A DNA stretch of 64,000 nt from Mobula hypostoma (Eukaryota). Below the pieces are notes generated by a model. The model saw only the letters and a program-made list of their open reading frames with translations, did not search any database and was not told the origin of the DNA. Both the position numbers and the translations under genes were made by a program. Below, in pieces: positions 60,870 through 64,000 of the stretch. The stretch spans positions 132,992,001 through 133,056,000 of the forward strand of contig NC_086097.1 of NCBI RefSeq assembly GCF_963921235.1, given 5' to 3'. The number at the start of each line of letters is the position of its first letter. Within the stretch, counting starts at the first letter, position 1.

Positions 60870-62570
60870 AGATTGTTTAATATTATTTCCACTACACAAG
60901 TGTAAAGGAGATCAAAATAATTGTTACTCCTGATCTGATGCTGCACAAAAAAGAAAAAGACCACACTGATAAAAAAATACAATAAATACATAAATTTGAT
61001 TATATACAGAGACTGATTGTATGTACATAAAGTGATGCTAGGTAAAGGTGCCTCTGACAGGCTGAGATGGCGGAGGGAATAGGTTAGTGGGTGGAGGTGT
61101 TGAACAGCTCCTTACGACTTGGGGGAATCTAACCGTTTGTAAGTCTGGTTATCCTGACGTGCCACCTCCCCAATGGGAATGGGACAAATAGCTCATGAGC
61201 AGGATGGGTAGGATCCTTCATGATATTTCTGGCTGTTTTCTGCCACCTTGCTGTATACAGATAATTGATGGCAGGTAAGCTGGTGCTGGTGATGCATTAG
61301 GCAATTTTGACTACCTGTTGTAAAGCCTTCCTGTCCGGTGCAGTGCAGTTTTCATACCATGCAATGATGCAGCACATCTATTGCACATCTGCAGGAGGTT
61401 ATGAGTATTGATGTGCCTAATCCAGCTCTCTTCAGCCTCCTTAGATAGTAGATGCATTTGTGAACTTTTTTAATTGTGTAGGATGTGTTATGGGAGCACA
61501 AGATGCTGTATGTGATGTGCATTCCCAGCTTGAAACTGCTTGTAGTTTCCACTGCTGTGCTGTCGATGTAAGGAGGGGCATGAGTGATATAAGTTCTCCT
61601 GAAGCCGATAACCATCTCCTTTGTCTCAATAGCATTGAGGAAGAGGTTATTTGCCTTGCACCAGGCCTCGAGCTCTTCCATTTCCTCTCTGCAGGCTGTC
61701 TCATCATTTTTGGCAATGAGCCCCACCACTGTCATGTCATCAGTGAACTTGGCTATGTGATTACTGAGGTGTTTGGCCGAGCAGCTACGTGTGAGTAGAT
61801 TGTACAGCAGTGGGCTCAGCACACAGCCCTGGGGGGCACTCGTGATGAGGATGAAGGGGAGGGAGGAGCATTGTGCGTCCTGACTATCTGAGTCTGTTGG
61901 TTAGGAAGACAAACACTCCGTTGCACAAAGATGTATTTAGACTGAAGAATAGGAGATCATTCATCAAGGTCTATGTGACAATAGTGTTGAATGCTGAACT
62001 GAAATTCAGAAACAGCATTTTGACATACAGCAAGTGTCCTTGTCTTCTACGTGAGTCAGGGCTTAGATGTATGGCAAATGTTATGGCATATATGTCGTAG
62101 AGTGGTTCTATTAGTAAGCATATTGATGAGTGTCCAGTGTGGCAAGAATGGAGTTTTTGATGTGTGCCATTATCAGCCATTCAAAATACTTAATAAACTG
62201 CAGATGCTGGGGTCAAAGCAACACTCACAACTCGCTGGAGGAACTCAGCAGGTCGGGCAGCATCCGTGGAAATGATCAGTCAACGTTTCCACAGATGCTG
62301 CCCGACATTCAAAACACTTCATGGTGATTGGTGTTAGTCCCACTGGGTAGTAGTCATTTAGATCTGAAGGTGGAGTTCTTGGTACAGGGATGATGGTGGC
62401 TGAACTGAAGCATGTGAGGACAGCAGCCTGGATGAGTGAAGTGTTGAAAATGTCCATGAGATGTCAGTGAGCTGGTGTGCACTTAGCAGGATGTTGTCTA
62501 GCTTTCCAGCCATACGACAGTTGACTTGCTGCAGAGTCCTTCTCACATCTGCTGCAGACAATATACTCAC
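60870..62570 (-). mobile_element. Rex1/Babar-like LINE, degenerate RT
   Basis: [56 protein letters not shown]. Confidence 0.8.
62192..62305. mobile_element. 114-bp Penelope pLTR-derived insertion with inverted end and 14-bp TSD
   Basis: TSD CATTCAAAATACTT / CATTCAAAACACTT (62178-62191, 62306-62319); inverted repeat 62253-62272 / 62286-62305. Confidence 0.75.
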
Positions 62571-62907
62571 CAATGAAGAACACCAAAGTAATAGGTGTAG
62601 AGAATTCCAGAAAACTTAGAAGTTTAGTGAAAATAAATTTCTCCTCATTTTAATCCTATATGACTGCCCCTCATCCTGAAACCGCCCTCTCATTCCACCT
62701 TCTTGTCCTGAAAAAAAAACTTCTCTGCAACTTCCCTTTTTGAATCTTATGTAAGAAAGTTCTTGTCAAATCTTGTCTCAATGCAGTCAAGTCTAGGTCT
62801 TCTAAATCCCAGGACGTTCACCTTCAATCTCTCCTCGCATTCTCTCTTCATTTCCAGAAATGACCCATGGAACCCTTCTATACAACAAAATGGGCTTGAA
62901 TGCTATT

Positions 62908-63770
62908 GAAGTTCAAAGTTTAAGGTAAAATTTATTATCACCACATACAACCCTGAGATTCTTTTTCTGCAGGCATACTTAGTGAATCTATAGAACAGTA
63001 ACTGTAAACAGGATCTGTAAAAGTAAACATCAGAAACTGTAAACAAACTGTGCAAATGCAGATAGTAAATAAATAGTAATAAATAATGAGCAAGAAATAA
63101 GATAAAAGAGTCCTTAAATGAATATTATTATCCCCTTTTCTTTAAGAGTTTGATGGTTGAGGGGTACTTTATACTTTATACTTTATTGTCGCCAAACAAT
63201 CGATACTAGAATGTACAATCATCGCAGCGATATTTGATTTTACACTTCCCGCTCCCTGGATTACAAATTGATAGTATATATTAAAAATTTAAATTATAAA
63301 TCATAAATAGAAAATAGAAAAATGGAAAGTAAGTTAGTGCAGAAAAAAAACCGAGAGGCAGGTCCGAATATTTGGAGGGTACGGCCCAGATCCAGGTCAG
63401 GATCCATTCAGCAGTCTTATCACAGTTGGAAAGAAGCTGTTCCCTGTTCTTGATCCTGGTGGTGTGAGTTCTGAGCTAGCTGTACCTTCTACCTGATGGG
63501 AGCAGAAAGAAAAGAGCATGGCCTGGGATGTGAGGATCTTTGATGATAGATGCTGCTTTTCTATGGCAACATTTCATGCAGATGTGCTCAATGGTTGGGA
63601 GGGTTTTACCTGAGTACTAGACCGAATCAACTCCCTTTTGTAGGATTTCCCTCTCAAAGGCATTGGTGTTCCCATACCTGGCCATAACGCAGCCAGTCAG
63701 CACACTTTCCACTACACATCGACAGAAGTTTGCCAAGGATTTTGAAGACATGCCGAATCTTCACAGACTC
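62908..63770 (-). mobile_element. Rex1-like LINE 3' fragment with a second LINE 3' end nested at ~63166-63443
   Basis: Antisense tails gaagttcaaagtttaagg and (TACTTTA)n; C-terminal coding remnants. Confidence 0.65.
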
Positions 63771-64000
63771 ACTGTAACAAGGTAGGCATTCATCTTTTTT
63801 CTGAGAACCGCCTCTAAGGCAAAGGTTCTTTTCTCAATTACAGAGCCCGGGTTACACGGGGTACAGTAATAACTGTGACTAGTTGCAGAATGTAAGTCTC
63901 CTTGTTATGAAAGAGGCCAACATGTATGCTCTCCTAGTTACGTATTATAGTATTAGGTGTACTTGTTACATTTCATGAACTAACTTCCTTTACCCAGAAC

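Overview
Vertebrate genomic DNA, most likely from a cartilaginous fish (shark/ray). This is inferred from the repeat landscape: CR1 LINEs, Rex1-like LINEs, Penelope-like elements and a V-SINE. The only recognisable host gene is a galanin receptor 1-type GPCR on the minus strand. Coding exon 1 is at 22898-23542, the diagnostic 66-bp exon 2 is at 8050-8115, and exon 3 was not found and probably lies left of the window. Most of the remaining sequence is nested transposable elements. These include one apparently intact, young, full-length CR1 LINE (54036-58492, 4-bp TSD, inserted into an older CR1), a complete-ended but dead hAT transposon with 8-bp TSD, a Tc1 fragment, a solo LTR, a hAT MITE, and Penelope relics carrying decayed hammerhead-ribozyme motifs. 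The most striking signal is at the ORF1/ORF2 junction of the intact CR1. ORF2 has no AUG until codon ~202 and lies in the -1 frame. The 16-nt overlap contains an in-frame U_UUA_AAC slippery heptamer directly before the ORF1 stop, and a second, divergent CR1 subfamily in the window keeps the same motif. This suggests programmed -1 ribosomal frameshifting. Boundaries of degenerate repeats are approximate.
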